Source: an uncultured virus (IMG/VR IMGVR_UViG_3300040946_000488) (lineage: Duplodnaviria; Heunggongvirae; Uroviricota; Caudoviricetes). Taken from it: 64,000 nucleotides of DNA. Of the stretch, positions 32,538 through 43,009 are shown piece by piece. The stretch is from the IMG/VR virus record IMGVR_UViG_3300040946_000488, one strand, 5' to 3'. The position numbers and the translations under genes are program-made. Under the pieces are notes generated by a model that searched no databases, was not told where the DNA came from, and saw only the letters and a list, made by a program, of their open reading frames with translations. How positions within the stretch are numbered: position 1 is the first letter of the stretch; each line of letters begins with the position of its first letter.

Positions 32538-32879
32538 TCAACCTTCCACCAGCACGACAGCCAACAATGCAAGCCCCACCCCTGCCCACTGCACGGGAGA
32601 CAACCTTTCCTTGAATATCGCGATCCCGGCCACCACTGCCAGGACCAGGTTCATCATGCCGAAGACGACGACGGCCCGGCCGAGGGGCATCCCCCTCCTC
32701 ATCACGGCCAGCCAGAGCACGGTCCCCAGGTTGTACAGGGCCAGCCCGGCGGCCAACGAGGACGAAGAAAAGGAAGTGGCCCAATGCCTGAGGGCCACCG
32801 ATCCCGACGTCACCAACAAGGCATCGAGGGCCAGCAGTGCCAGGACAGGGATGGGAGACGACATGATCATGAAAAACAC
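32538..32879 (-). CDS. Small 4-TM SMR/DMT-like membrane protein
   Basis: Hydrophobic helices; G..IFKERLS..QWAG..L. Confidence 0.7.
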   Translation of the reverse strand: MFFMIMSSPIPVLALLALDALLVTSGSVALRHWATSFSSSSLAAGLALYNLGTVLWLAVMRRGMPLGRAVVVFGMMNLVLAVVAGIAIFKERLSPVQWAGVGLALLAVVLVEG

Positions 32880-33579
32880 ATGCCCATGTCAGGGAATTCT
32901 CTTCCACCCAGTAGCCATCAATTCTTCCATCTCGTCCCCCTCCAACCCCATTCGATCCGAAATGTAGATCTCCGGCACCATCTTGCCCGTCGCCCGCAAT
33001 AACCACCTGACATTCGTGACCATAGCGTCCACATAATGCTCGACGTCCTCCGAGACAAGGCTTGAGTCATCCGGCTCCAAGCGGGAAGACCCAGGGAAAA
33101 ACTGCACATACAGTTCCTCGCCAATCCGAGGAATCACATCAAGGTCCATTTCCTTCACAAGCTCATCCACTCCGTTCTCGCCATCGTAACTGGTCCACCT
33201 GATGATTGCCTTCATCGTATTCTCCTGCTGATGAACATGGATCACTCCTTGGCGACGACCTGCAGGCCGAGCGGGACGAAGACATCGTTGATCTCGTCCC
33301 GGATGGCCAGATCTTCGATCGCGATCCCCCCCGCCCCCTGGCGGCAAGCCTCCACCGCCTCCCCCAGCCTCACGGACTCTCGCCTCAATGTGGCACGGAG
33401 GACCTCGATCCCGGATGGCTGCGAAACCAGCTTGCGAAAGATGGGCTCGGGCCATTCTTCCGTGTAGCCTGTCAGGAACCTCCTGGATCTCCGCTCGATC
33501 CAGATCATGAGGCCGACGACGATCCAGGACAGGGCACCGGAGAACATCAACAAAATCTTGAAGAACATGGCAAGCATGC

Positions 33580-34608
33580 TCACTCTTCCTCGCCCTCCTC
33601 GCCCTCGTCATCGACACGCCCCTCCTCGTCCTCGTCGTCGAGCTTGCGGGGACGGCCGGGCCCCCGGCGGCGAAAATGATCGTCCTCGATGGTGAAGGGC
33701 TTGTGCTTCCTCGACGCCTTGAGCCGGTTCGCCGCCTCCTTGGTCAAGTAGCTGAGGGATATCACCCCGCACTTGATCAGATCGTACCCTACCTTGCCCG
33801 TGGCCACGGTCTCTATCTGGCGGATGCGCTCGCGAGTGCAGCCGAACATCTCCCCGATCTCTTCCAGCGTATGGTTGGACTTCTTGGCGAGCCGGAGGAT
33901 GCAGGTCTCATCGCCGTGCTTCTGGAAGGCGATGGAAGAAGAATGGACGTCGCTGTGCAGGTGGAACCTGCACCACTCGACATGACAAACCTTGAAGCCC
34001 GAGAGGCATTCGCCCTTCGTCTCATCGAAGACGTTGATCACGGGGATATTGTCATCCGAGGCCAGCCCGATGGTCAGCAGCCCGGCGGCCCTGGCCTCGC
34101 GGGATGACCACCAGGTATCCACGAAACGATCGTATGCGCGATCTTCTTCCTCATCCTGCAGGCCCGACTTGATGACCATGTACAGGCAGGATCTCCGGCT
34201 CCTGCGCACGGGACTCTTCAGTACCTCCAGCACCAGCTTGGCCTCCTCGCCGAATATCGTCCGCAAGGCGATGCTGGCCTCGATCAGGAGGGGCGACAGC
34301 ATCGTCTTGCGATATTTCTTCAGGAATTCCTTGACCGTGGGCCAGTCGGGAGTGTCGATGCCGGCCCCGAACAGGTCCTGGGACATCTTGGTCTTGTCGT
34401 GGGTGATCGCCTTGGGCTTCTTCTTGACTGACTTTTTCTTCTTCTTCAGCTTCCTGATCTTGGACATGGCGGCGTCCGCCTGCTTCTTGAGATCTGCCGA
34501 GATCCCATCCGGCAGGGGGACGACGGCAGGTCCCCCTGCGGGGACTGCTGGCCTGCCACCCCCACCACCCCCACCCTCGCTCTTTCCTGTCGACCTGGCC
34601 TGTCCCAT
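33580..34608 (-). CDS. Multidomain protein with sigma70 region-4 HTH
   Basis: Cys/His cluster followed by TLEEIGEMFGCTRERIRQIE. Confidence 0.75.
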   Translation of the reverse strand: MGQARSTGKSEGGGGGGGRPAVPAGGPAVVPLPDGISADLKKQADAAMSKIRKLKKKKKSVKKKPKAITHDKTKMSQDLFGAGIDTPDWPTVKEFLKKYRKTMLSPLLIEASIALRTIFGEEAKLVLEVLKSPVRRSRRSCLYMVIKSGLQDEEEDRAYDRFVDTWWSSREARAAGLLTIGLASDDNIPVINVFDETKGECLSGFKVCHVEWCRFHLHSDVHSSSIAFQKHGDETCILRLAKKSNHTLEEIGEMFGCTRERIRQIETVATGKVGYDLIKCGVISLSYLTKEAANRLKASRKHKPFTIEDDHFRRRGPGRPRKLDDEDEEGRVDDEGEEGEEE

Positions 34609-34611
34609 GCT

Positions 34612-35379
34612 TCATCCCCTCTTGCCGCCATGCCGGTGCGGGCGAGTGTCGTTGTGATCCATCTTCTTGATGAGGGATGCCTCCAGATCCAGCCCATTGA
34701 GCCGGCAGATCGTGCCCACCGTCACGATGGCCTTTGCCAGCATGACGGATGCCTGTTCCTCCCGTGTCCCTCCCCGATCGCAATCATCGAGGATGAAATC
34801 CTCGAACGCCCTGGACAGGCAAGCGTGGATGTAGGCCAGCCACTCGGGGACGGTCCTCATCGCATTCTGCACGGCATCCTCCATCCCATAGCCCAGCATG
34901 GAGATGGTGGTATTGTTCAACATCTTGGCAAGGGGGATCTTCGTCTCGACGCAGGTGTCGCCGATGCGGATCAGCAGGTCCGCCAGCTCGACGACGAACC
35001 CCTCGGGTTTGCCACTCTCGGATTCCCACACGTCGGCTATCGTGTGGGCCGGATCGCGCCAGCACTCCAGCGCCTCGGACACCTCCGAGTGGAACAGGGA
35101 CGTCACTTCGCCGAACGAACGAGGCTCCTCGTGCCAGCCCTTGTTCACGGCCGTGGTGTATGAACGCTCGCACAACTCTTCTATGGTCATCGATCCTCCC
35201 TTGGTTCTTGATGATTTCTTCTTCCCTGAACCAGACAGATCCTTGCGAGAGGCAACCGATCCCTTGGCAGCCTCCCTCAGCCAATCGGGGAGGGACATGA
35301 AACTAGCCACCCGCGCCTCCAGGCGCTGCCAGAATGCCCGGCTCTCCGGATCTTCCATGTTGCGCTCCAGTCGCTTCAT
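34612..35379 (-). CDS. MazG-like NTP pyrophosphohydrolase
   Basis: KGW...HSEVSEALE...KPEG..VELAD..IRI.D...N.TRP.RHGGK. Confidence 0.8.
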   Translation of the reverse strand: MKRLERNMEDPESRAFWQRLEARVASFMSLPDWLREAAKGSVASRKDLSGSGKKKSSRTKGGSMTIEELCERSYTTAVNKGWHEEPRSFGEVTSLFHSEVSEALECWRDPAHTIADVWESESGKPEGFVVELADLLIRIGDTCVETKIPLAKMLNNTTISMLGYGMEDAVQNAMRTVPEWLAYIHACLSRAFEDFILDDCDRGGTREEQASVMLAKAIVTVGTICRLNGLDLEASLIKKMDHNDTRPHRHGGKRG

Positions 35380-35797
35380 GGCGTCGTTTCCTCCCCATCA
35401 TTGAGGAGTCCCAATGAAATCCCCCTATCGTCTTCTTTCACGATCTCAAGCAGGTCCCAATCGTACAATGCATCGTAGACGGCATCCGCCACGGGAACCT
35501 TCATGCCCCTGTAACTCCGGTAATGTTCCTTGAAATCCCGGAACAAACCATATTTCTTGGCCTGCCGGCAACCCCGCCCGAGGATCCTGATCTCTTGTGG
35601 TGTCATCTCAGGTCAACCTTCCTCATCCACGTCCATGCCGTTCCCATCGTTCCATGCTGCTGATCGCTCCCGATCCCGCTGGCGCTCGTGAGCCAGGAAT
35701 CCCTGCCAGGTCCTCGACATCGCGCTGGCAGCAATGCCTCTTCAGGGACACCCCGTGCTCGCACGTATCGGGGATCACGATGTCTTCAGCCATCTCG

Positions 35798-36958
35798 TCA
35801 TTCCTTGCTCCCCAGCTCGTCCTCGTAGCGGCCGGGCTGCTCGATGCGATCCTTCTTGTCCCTCTTGTAGGTCCAGATGAACCTGATCAAGATCACGGCG
35901 TGCGAGATGCCGTGCTCGCTCATCACCCCGTCGATGATCGTCTTCAACCCCACCAGCGCAGTCTGGATGCGAGCCTGCTCGTCGGCCGGCGCGGGATAAG
36001 ACCCCGTCTGGAACATCCCCCGGAACCGTTTGTATAGCTCCGCCAGCTCGCCCAGGTCCGCGTCGTTCTGTGGACCGAACCGCAGCCCGAACGATACCCA
36101 GAACCGGCCCCCCATGGATGGCTCCTTGTCGAACAGGGGGAATGCCCGGAACATCTCGCTCAGTGCCGCCACCATCCACCCGGCCCCGTCCTCCCCTTGC
36201 CAATCGGGCACCAGGTTCCCTATGCGCAATTCCCCGTCGACAGTGCCGTCGGCATTGACGAAGGTCTTGATGGCCATGTCCATCCCCGGGAACATCTGCT
36301 CGATGTACTCCAGTATCCACACCAGCTTGACCTGCATCTCCGTATCCGCCTGCTTGGACAGCTCGGACAGGACGAGAGGCGGTCCCCGCTTCTTCCTCTT
36401 CTTCTTGGGAACCTCCTCGGGCTTGGCCGGTGGCTTGCGTGGCGGCCTGGCCGGCTTGCGGGCAGGCTTGCGGGCAGGCTTGCGTACCGGCTTGCGGACA
36501 GGCTTGGCCGGCTTGCGTACCGGCTTGCGGGCAGGCTTGGCCGGCTTGCGTGCCGGCTTGCGGGCAGGCTTGAGGGCAGGTTTGACTGGCTTGCGGACCG
36601 GCTTGGCTGGCCTGGCTGGCTTGCGGATCGGCTTGGCTGGCTTGGCTGGCCTGGCCAGCTTGCGGGCGGGCTTGCTGATAGGCTTGGCCTGCGGCCTGCG
36701 GGGAACCCTCCGTTGCCTGCCCGGCGCGAACCTGCCCAGGCTGTCCCTGCGATAGATGACGATCAACGACGGGGGACGTGGCCCCCGAACATCCTCGCCA
36801 GCAACTCTGCCATGCTTGACATGCTTGCCGGGCTTGCCGGGCTTGTGCGAAGGGGATCGTTTCCCACCCGCTGGGCGTGCTCGACCGCCCCCGGCCTCCC
36901 GGGGATGGACCACACCCGATGGTGGACGCGATCTACCACGATGTCGAGAGGGTGCCAT
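35798..36958 (-). CDS. Basic histone-H1-like repeat protein with globular C-terminus
   Basis: About 20 KPAR/KPVR/KPA repeats. Confidence 0.7.
   Translation of the reverse strand: MAPSRHRGRSRPPSGVVHPREAGGGRARPAGGKRSPSHKPGKPGKHVKHGRVAGEDVRGPRPPSLIVIYRRDSLGRFAPGRQRRVPRRPQAKPISKPARKLARPAKPAKPIRKPARPAKPVRKPVKPALKPARKPARKPAKPARKPVRKPAKPVRKPVRKPARKPARKPARPPRKPPAKPEEVPKKKRKKRGPPLVLSELSKQADTEMQVKLVWILEYIEQMFPGMDMAIKTFVNADGTVDGELRIGNLVPDWQGEDGAGWMVAALSEMFRAFPLFDKEPSMGGRFWVSFGLRFGPQNDADLGELAELYKRFRGMFQTGSYPAPADEQARIQTALVGLKTIIDGVMSEHGISHAVILIRFIWTYKRDKKDRIEQPGRYEDELGSKE
36420..36690 (-). repeat. Coding tandem repeat of 9/12-bp units (GGCTTGCGGGCA-like)
   Basis: Directly visible; encodes the KPAR repeats. 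Confidence 0.85.
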
Positions 36959-36982
36959 TCAGCGTCTCCTGGTCCCTGGTAA

Positions 36983-38473
36983 TCAGTCTTCGGGTGAGGC
37001 CACATGATCTTCGTCTTCGCCCTCGTCGCCGTCCGTCGCCTGGGCCGGGCCTCCCAGCCACCTCCGGGCCATCGCGACCTCCGCCTCTCCCGCCCTGGCC
37101 AAGACTGGATCCACGATCTGCTCGTTGGGCTTCGGGGTTCGCGAGGAATCATACGTCAATTTCTTGCGCACCACGAATTTCCGGAACTTGGGCGATGCCC
37201 CGCTCTGCATGAAATATGCGGTGCCCGGCGGGAGGTTCGGCAGATCGCCAAGGCACTCCAGCCGCTGGTCGGCCCTCACCCCGTACTTCATCCACTCGTT
37301 CACCGCCTCCAGATCGGGGGGCGCCACCATGTTCAACAGGAACAAGGAATCGGCCTGCGAGATCACGTTCTTGTTGATGACCGCAGACCTTTGCGTGATC
37401 AGGGTGGAGCCGAATCCCTTGATGCGTCCCCTGCGGACGATGCGATCGATCACCTCCAGGGATCGCTTCTGGTGCCTGGAAGACGAGAGCACCTGCGGCG
37501 CGAACTCGTCGGCCTCGTCGATGACCATGTGCAAGGGCGACCGCACGTTCAGGATGAAGATCCTCTGGCCGAAGTCCGCCACGAACTCGTGCTGCTCCGC
37601 CGGTATCATCAGGGACAGGTCCAGGATGACCGATCGTGCTCCCCCCTCGTGGACTATCTCGGCCGCCTGGCTCCCCTGCTTGTGGGTGATCTCCAGATCG
37701 CCATGCGGGCCCCCCAGGGTCAAGATGGGATGGGACGACGGGGTGCCATCGGCATTCGCCCGCAACCCATGCCACACCCCGGTGGGATCCACGATCACCG
37801 TCGGGACCCCCAGGCCGGGCTTCCGCAGGAACTCCTCGACCAGGACCATCCCCAGGTAAGTTTTCCCCGACGACTTCTTGGCCAGGATGGCAGCCGTCAT
37901 GACGGTGCATTCCGAGACCGATAACATCAGGTCGCGCGGATTGTCCGACAGCGCCAGCAACTCGTCCACGTCGACCTCGGCCTCGGGACCATCCGTCGGA
38001 TCGAAATCTGCCTTCCCGTCCTCGCCATCATCGTGGCGACGGGCCGCAGGGACATGGATGATTGAAGGCGCGACCGTGGGGAGGGCTGATTCCTTCTCCG
38101 TGGCATCCACCCCGGCCAGGAGTTCCACCAGCACGGGCTTGCGCTCGGTGGCCGGACGATGCCTCAACCGGAAGCTGTGCGACAGCCTATCGAAGGTGTA
38201 ATTCAAGGACAGCAACTCCCTCATCGCCCTGACCCACTCGCCATTGGGCAACAATCGCTCCAGTTCATGGGCCGCATGCCATTGCGAATCGACCATCAAC
38301 TCCAGCAGCCGATCGCGAACCAGCTTGGGTCCCTGTTTCTTGACGGACACGTCCGGCTGGCCCGAATGGACGTCGGCCCCATAGATCGGGGTGCAGGACT
38401 TCTCCCTGACGACAGGCTGTCCGCCATCCTCGTCCTCCAACGAGGGAGGCTGCCGATATCCCCGCCTCAACAA
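36983..38473 (-). CDS. HerA/FtsK-like (DUF87) P-loop ATPase
   Basis: AKKSSGKT, VDPTG, VIDEAD.FAPQ, RGR..G, ITQR. Confidence 0.85.
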   Translation of the reverse strand: MLRRGYRQPPSLEDEDGGQPVVREKSCTPIYGADVHSGQPDVSVKKQGPKLVRDRLLELMVDSQWHAAHELERLLPNGEWVRAMRELLSLNYTFDRLSHSFRLRHRPATERKPVLVELLAGVDATEKESALPTVAPSIIHVPAARRHDDGEDGKADFDPTDGPEAEVDVDELLALSDNPRDLMLSVSECTVMTAAILAKKSSGKTYLGMVLVEEFLRKPGLGVPTVIVDPTGVWHGLRANADGTPSSHPILTLGGPHGDLEITHKQGSQAAEIVHEGGARSVILDLSLMIPAEQHEFVADFGQRIFILNVRSPLHMVIDEADEFAPQVLSSSRHQKRSLEVIDRIVRRGRIKGFGSTLITQRSAVINKNVISQADSLFLLNMVAPPDLEAVNEWMKYGVRADQRLECLGDLPNLPPGTAYFMQSGASPKFRKFVVRKKLTYDSSRTPKPNEQIVDPVLARAGEAEVAMARRWLGGPAQATDGDEGEDEDHVASPED

Positions 38474-39277
38474 GATCAGGCACCTGGCGGCTTGCCCGGC
38501 CCACCCTCGACCGGACCATCATCGTAGACGGCATGGTACTGGGGCTGCGGCTCGGGAGGACGCACGTCGAAGGACAGATCGGCGAAGATGGTGTAGATCT
38601 TGTGGGGGAAGGCCCGGGCCAGCCCGGTCAACCTGGCCATGAACTCGGCATCCATGGTCTTGTGGTCGGCCAGGAAGGCATTGATGGACTTCTCCATCTG
38701 CTCATTGCTGAAGAAATACTCCCCGTCATCCCTTATCCAGTGATACATGCCCAGGATCGGGCAATACGAGATCTGGACCGTGATCTTCTTGTTCGGATCG
38801 ATCGGGGGCGGACGGTGGGATGCTGGCGATTGATCGCTCATCGAGTTCCTCCCTGCCTCGCTGGTGGGATTGCCCCGAGGCACGTAACCCCGGGCACGAG
38901 CATCGCAATCTTGATTGAATCAAATGAGCGTGCAAGCTAGAACGGAAAGGAAGGACCTGGAGATGACAACCGAATCATGCCTACCCCCCACCATCGGGGG
39001 ATGAAGCTGCGACTCCCCAGGCCCTCCCATCCCGAACCTACGGTCTTGACGATCGTTTCCCGACCGGGGCACCCAGCGGGATTTACTTCTCGGGCTTGAT
39101 CAGGTACTTCTTCTCCTCAAGGAAGAGGACAGCCAGCTCACGCAACTTCTGGCTGACTTGCTTGCCCCAGGCTGGCTGGTGGCGGTCGTCTTTCCCGACG
39201 GCCGCCTCCAGCCTGATCAAGTGAGCCGCGTCTTCCCGGTAGCTGCCCCGCATCGTGATGGGACGGGGCATGGCGGA

Positions 39278-39772
39278 CTAGCCCGCCGCTTCTTCGTCCG
39301 ACCCGTCGAAGTCCGGTTCGCTGTCGTCCGAGGCCGCGGGCGCCTTGATCGGCTTGCTGAACAGGTCGAAGTTGTGCATGCTGCGACCGCCCGAGAGCTT
39401 GATCTTCTCGGATTGGACCGTCCCCCACAAATCGAACTCGGCGCCCTGGGCCAGCAGCGGGATGAGGGGCTCCAGCAGCTTCGTCCGCGGCCCGTAGTTG
39501 AGGTTGACGTAGTCGCCCACCTTCGCCTCGACCAGCCGCGCCGCCTCGCCGGTCCCGATGCGGACCTCGCAAGGCTGCGAGAGCTTGACCTGGAAGAAGT
39601 TGGACTTCTTCTCCGGGCGCAGATCGTCCTTGCGCTCGAACATGCCCTCCAGGGTGCCACGCAGGACGTTCCCGATCTTCTTCATGTTGAACCAACCGGC
39701 GTTGGCGACGCTGCCCAACCGACGGAATCCCTCGGGTGCGCGGACCATCGACTCTTCGTGCTTTGCTGCCAT
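39278..39772 (-). CDS. Putative single-stranded DNA-binding protein
   Basis: Beta-rich 164 aa, acidic tail DDSEPDFDGSDEE, strong RBS; function inferred. Confidence 0.55.
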   Translation of the reverse strand: MAAKHEESMVRAPEGFRRLGSVANAGWFNMKKIGNVLRGTLEGMFERKDDLRPEKKSNFFQVKLSQPCEVRIGTGEAARLVEAKVGDYVNLNYGPRTKLLEPLIPLLAQGAEFDLWGTVQSEKIKLSGGRSMHNFDLFSKPIKAPAASDDSEPDFDGSDEEAAG

Positions 39773-40534
39773 GGACTGTTCTCCTACTGTCGTGTTGTGT
39801 GGGGAAGAAGGCACATGCCACCCTCCCATCGGACAAAAATCTTGAGGATGGGAAGCGAGCCTCCATCGCGGCTGCCGCGAGAAACGTGCTTTCCCAAATG
39901 GCGAACGAGCATCGGGATTGGGAAAGTACACCCCGAGAAACGAGCCCAAAGAGAAAAACGACGATGGTACTCATTTCCCGCAATAAACTCAGATCGCGAA
40001 TGCCACGATCAGGGAGCCGAGGTTGTGCCTAAGCTGTGACTAAGTGAAATCTCCGTCGAGAAAATAATTCGCTCGCCCGGCCTGATGTCGGTTCTCATTT
40101 ACCGGAAACTTCCCAACAAGCCTCCGATCGAAAGACACTTGACCCTCCGGTCTGCCCGGAGGTATCGTCTGCCCGGATGGCAAGCCCCCGCAAGATCGGA
40201 CCGAGCGTGGTGCGCACGTACCTGTACCCTCGTCCCCGCCGGAAAGGCTGGATCTACCAGGCCCGCACCGTCGACATGAGGACCCACGCGGAGGCCAAGA
40301 GTTCATCGCCAGACGTCGGGCAGGCCCTGCAGGATGCCTGGAACCTGGCCGCCCGGAAAGGCAGCAGGAGACCATGAGCAAGCACGATGGCCCATGGCAG
40401 TGCCCCCACCGAGGTCGCAGATCTAGATTCGATCGCCTGGGCCGGCGCCACCAAACCCGAGAAGAGATCGACGAGGACATCAAGAAGATCCTGGTTCCCG
40501 AGACCTGGGCGCCGGCAACGATGAGGATAGCCCC

Positions 40535-42598
40535 ATGAAAATCGTCATCTGGACCGGCCCCGCCTGGGAGACCTGGGGGCCTGGATCGCTCAAGACGGGC
40601 CTCGGAGGATCCGAGATCGCCGCCATCCACATGTCCGCCGAGCTGGCCCGCTGGGGCCACGAGGTAGCCATCATAGGACAGGTGACCCCCTGCGAATGGG
40701 AGGGGGTAAAGTTCTGCGACCATCGCCTGTTCGGCCCGGGAACCATCGGCTGCGATGTCTTCATCTCCTCGCGCATGCTCGATGCCCTCCAGAGACTCAA
40801 GCCCGACGCCAAGCTGACGGCACTGTGGTGCCACGACAACCACGTTGGCGACGACTGGCAAGGCCGGATGCGACAGTACGACCTCGTACTGTGCCTATCC
40901 CAATGGGCCAAGAAGGTGCTGTCCAACTTCTACAATGACGTGCCCAAGGACAAGTTCATCCTGACCCGGAACGGGATCGATCCTCGCCTCTTCCTGCGCG
41001 AACCCAAGAAGGCAGGGTGCAGGGCCATCTACTCGTCCTCGCCGGACAGGGGACTCGATCACCTGCTCAACTACTGGCCCAGGATACGTGCGATACGTCC
41101 CGATGCCGAGCTACACGTCTACTACGGGTTCGAGACCTGGCAGGCCATGGCTACGCAACGAAAGAATGCCTACGCCCAGTCTCAGATCGATTTCTTCAAG
41201 ACGAAGCTGGCCCAGCTATCCGACCAGGGCGTCGTGTCGCATGGCCGCGTGGGACAGGTCGAGCTGGCCAAGGCATACCTGGGAGCCTCCCTGTGGCTGT
41301 ACCCCACGAACTTCCTTGAGACGTCATGTTGCCATCCCGACACCTTGATTTCCCTCCCAGGCGATCACCGACTCTCCCAACCCTACCGAGTCCGCATAGC
41401 CGATCTGGCCGGCAAGACCAATTTCCCCGTCTATGCCTATGATTCGGTGAAAGATTGCTTCTGCATAGGCACTGCCCTATGGTGCAAACAGACAAAAATC
41501 GCCGAGGAGATGGTCGAGATAACCCTGGATGATGGATCTTCCCTGAAGCTTACCCCCGAACAACTGGTGATGGGCTTCAACGATCAATGGACAGAGGCCG
41601 GCAGCCTGCAACCAGGAGATCGCCTGTTGGCCCTACATCACCGTTATGCAGTAATGATCAAGGATACCAGTGGAAAATGGATAGAAGAATCCAGGCTGGT
41701 AGGAGAATGGCTGGCAAACCAACAAGGATTCTCCCTCACCAGAAAACTACACGTAGATCACTTAGATCCCTTGAGACTGGATAATTTCCCCGAACATCTT
41801 CAAATTCTCTCCGATTCCGAGCACTTCAAGAAAACCCACAAAGGCAAATTTCAAAGACACGCGGCGACCCTGAAAAAAGCAGCAGCCAGCCGCAAATGGA
41901 TTGCCGACAACCTAGAGACAGTCACTGCCAAGCTCAAGCAAAATGGCAAGAAACTTTGGAATGACGTCAATGCATTATCCCCCGAAGATCGCGCCGCCTG
42001 GTGCAAGGAACGAAGCCGAAAAAAACAAATAAAAATGAGACTGCGCTCGTTGTTCCCTGACTTCGAGGAAAGAGTCAGGAACTTGGCCGTGCGTCACGCC
42101 CAAAAAAACCAACTCCTCGGACACGGCTTCTGGGATTGGATGGCCATATTGCCCCCCGAGCTTCAGCGAAGCATCATTGAAGACACCGTGGAAGGGAAAT
42201 GGAACCATCGGGTTATATCGGTGCGTCGCATACCAGGGGGTCCCGTCTTCGACATGGAAGTATCCAAACACCATAATTTCATAGCCGGAGGCATCGTGAT
42301 ACACAATTGCATCTCGGCCATGGAAGCACAGGCCGCGGGAACCCTGCCCATCGCCACCAAGCTCGCCGCCCTGGCCGAGACCGTAAGGCACGGCATCCTG
42401 GTGGCGCCACCGAACAGCGAGAGCCGGTACGAGCAAGAATTCCTCGGGCACGTGAGAGACTTCCTGGAAGGACGGCAAGCCGCGATCACCGACCAGGTGA
42501 TCGCGGCCGGACGGGAATGGGCACTGCGATCGCTATCCTGGACGGCGGTGGCAGGGCAATGGGAGGAACTGTTCGAGGAAAGGCTGAAGAAAAAATGA
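40535..42598 (+). CDS. GT-B (GT4-like) glycosyltransferase with intein
   Basis: GLGGSE, RNGID, YSSSPDRGL, spliced ETSCISAMEAQAAG. Confidence 0.9.
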   Translation: MKIVIWTGPAWETWGPGSLKTGLGGSEIAAIHMSAELARWGHEVAIIGQVTPCEWEGVKFCDHRLFGPGTIGCDVFISSRMLDALQRLKPDAKLTALWCHDNHVGDDWQGRMRQYDLVLCLSQWAKKVLSNFYNDVPKDKFILTRNGIDPRLFLREPKKAGCRAIYSSSPDRGLDHLLNYWPRIRAIRPDAELHVYYGFETWQAMATQRKNAYAQSQIDFFKTKLAQLSDQGVVSHGRVGQVELAKAYLGASLWLYPTNFLETSCCHPDTLISLPGDHRLSQPYRVRIADLAGKTNFPVYAYDSVKDCFCIGTALWCKQTKIAEEMVEITLDDGSSLKLTPEQLVMGFNDQWTEAGSLQPGDRLLALHHRYAVMIKDTSGKWIEESRLVGEWLANQQGFSLTRKLHVDHLDPLRLDNFPEHLQILSDSEHFKKTHKGKFQRHAATLKKAAASRKWIADNLETVTAKLKQNGKKLWNDVNALSPEDRAAWCKERSRKKQIKMRLRSLFPDFEERVRNLAVRHAQKNQLLGHGFWDWMAILPPELQRSIIEDTVEGKWNHRVISVRRIPGGPVFDMEVSKHHNFIAGGIVIHNCISAMEAQAAGTLPIATKLAALAETVRHGILVAPPNSESRYEQEFLGHVRDFLEGRQAAITDQVIAAGREWALRSLSWTAVAGQWEELFEERLKKK
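41327..42307 (+). other. Intein (327 aa) with HNH endonuclease
   Basis: Starts CCHPDT; HVDHLD..RLDN.PEHL; ends VFDMEV..HHNF...IHN/C. Confidence 0.9.
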
Positions 42599-43009
42599 GC
42601 CAATGTCCCTCATTCCCTCCCTCCAGGCTGCCGAGATCCCTGATAGCATTCGATCCCTGCCCTCCCGACCATCCCTCGCCCAATGCCCACGATGACCCAA
42701 GTACCCCCACGAAGGATTGAGGCATGAAGAACAAGAAGAACCCAAAACCCGGCATGGCCAAGCTATTGACGGCCACGCGGATCCTGGTGGAAATCTTCAA
42801 GGTGCGCGATGTCCTGTCGAAGGTGAAGCACGAACTGGAAAAACAGATCGATCTCACCCGCAAGATCGACAGCCAATTGTCCGAGGAAATGAATTTCCAT
42901 TGGCAAGTGATGGACGTCCTGAGAATGAGCATGGGGCTGAAACCCCTCCCCCACGCCCTGGCCGTCAAGCGGTGGCTCAAGAAACAGAAACGACAGTGAC
43001 CCAGCCAGG

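Noticed and set aside
526..35379. HD hydrolase plus MazG as a 2-aminoadenine (Z-DNA) pathway
   Set aside because: No PurZ/PurA-like gene in the window, the two genes are far apart, and both families are common in phages
36420..36690. Possible CRISPR array
   Set aside because: Short 9-12-bp coding repeats without unique spacers; no CRISPR array was seen anywhere in the window
28999..38473. Casposon, tectivirus or Polinton-like insertion (pPolB plus ATPase)
   Set aside because: No Cas1, integrase, capsid gene or TIRs; the genes are embedded among ordinary co-oriented neighbours
17665..39772. Near-duplicate sequences as a DGR template/variable repeat pair
   Set aside because: No reverse transcriptase; both copies are intact ORFs and the differences are not adenine-specific
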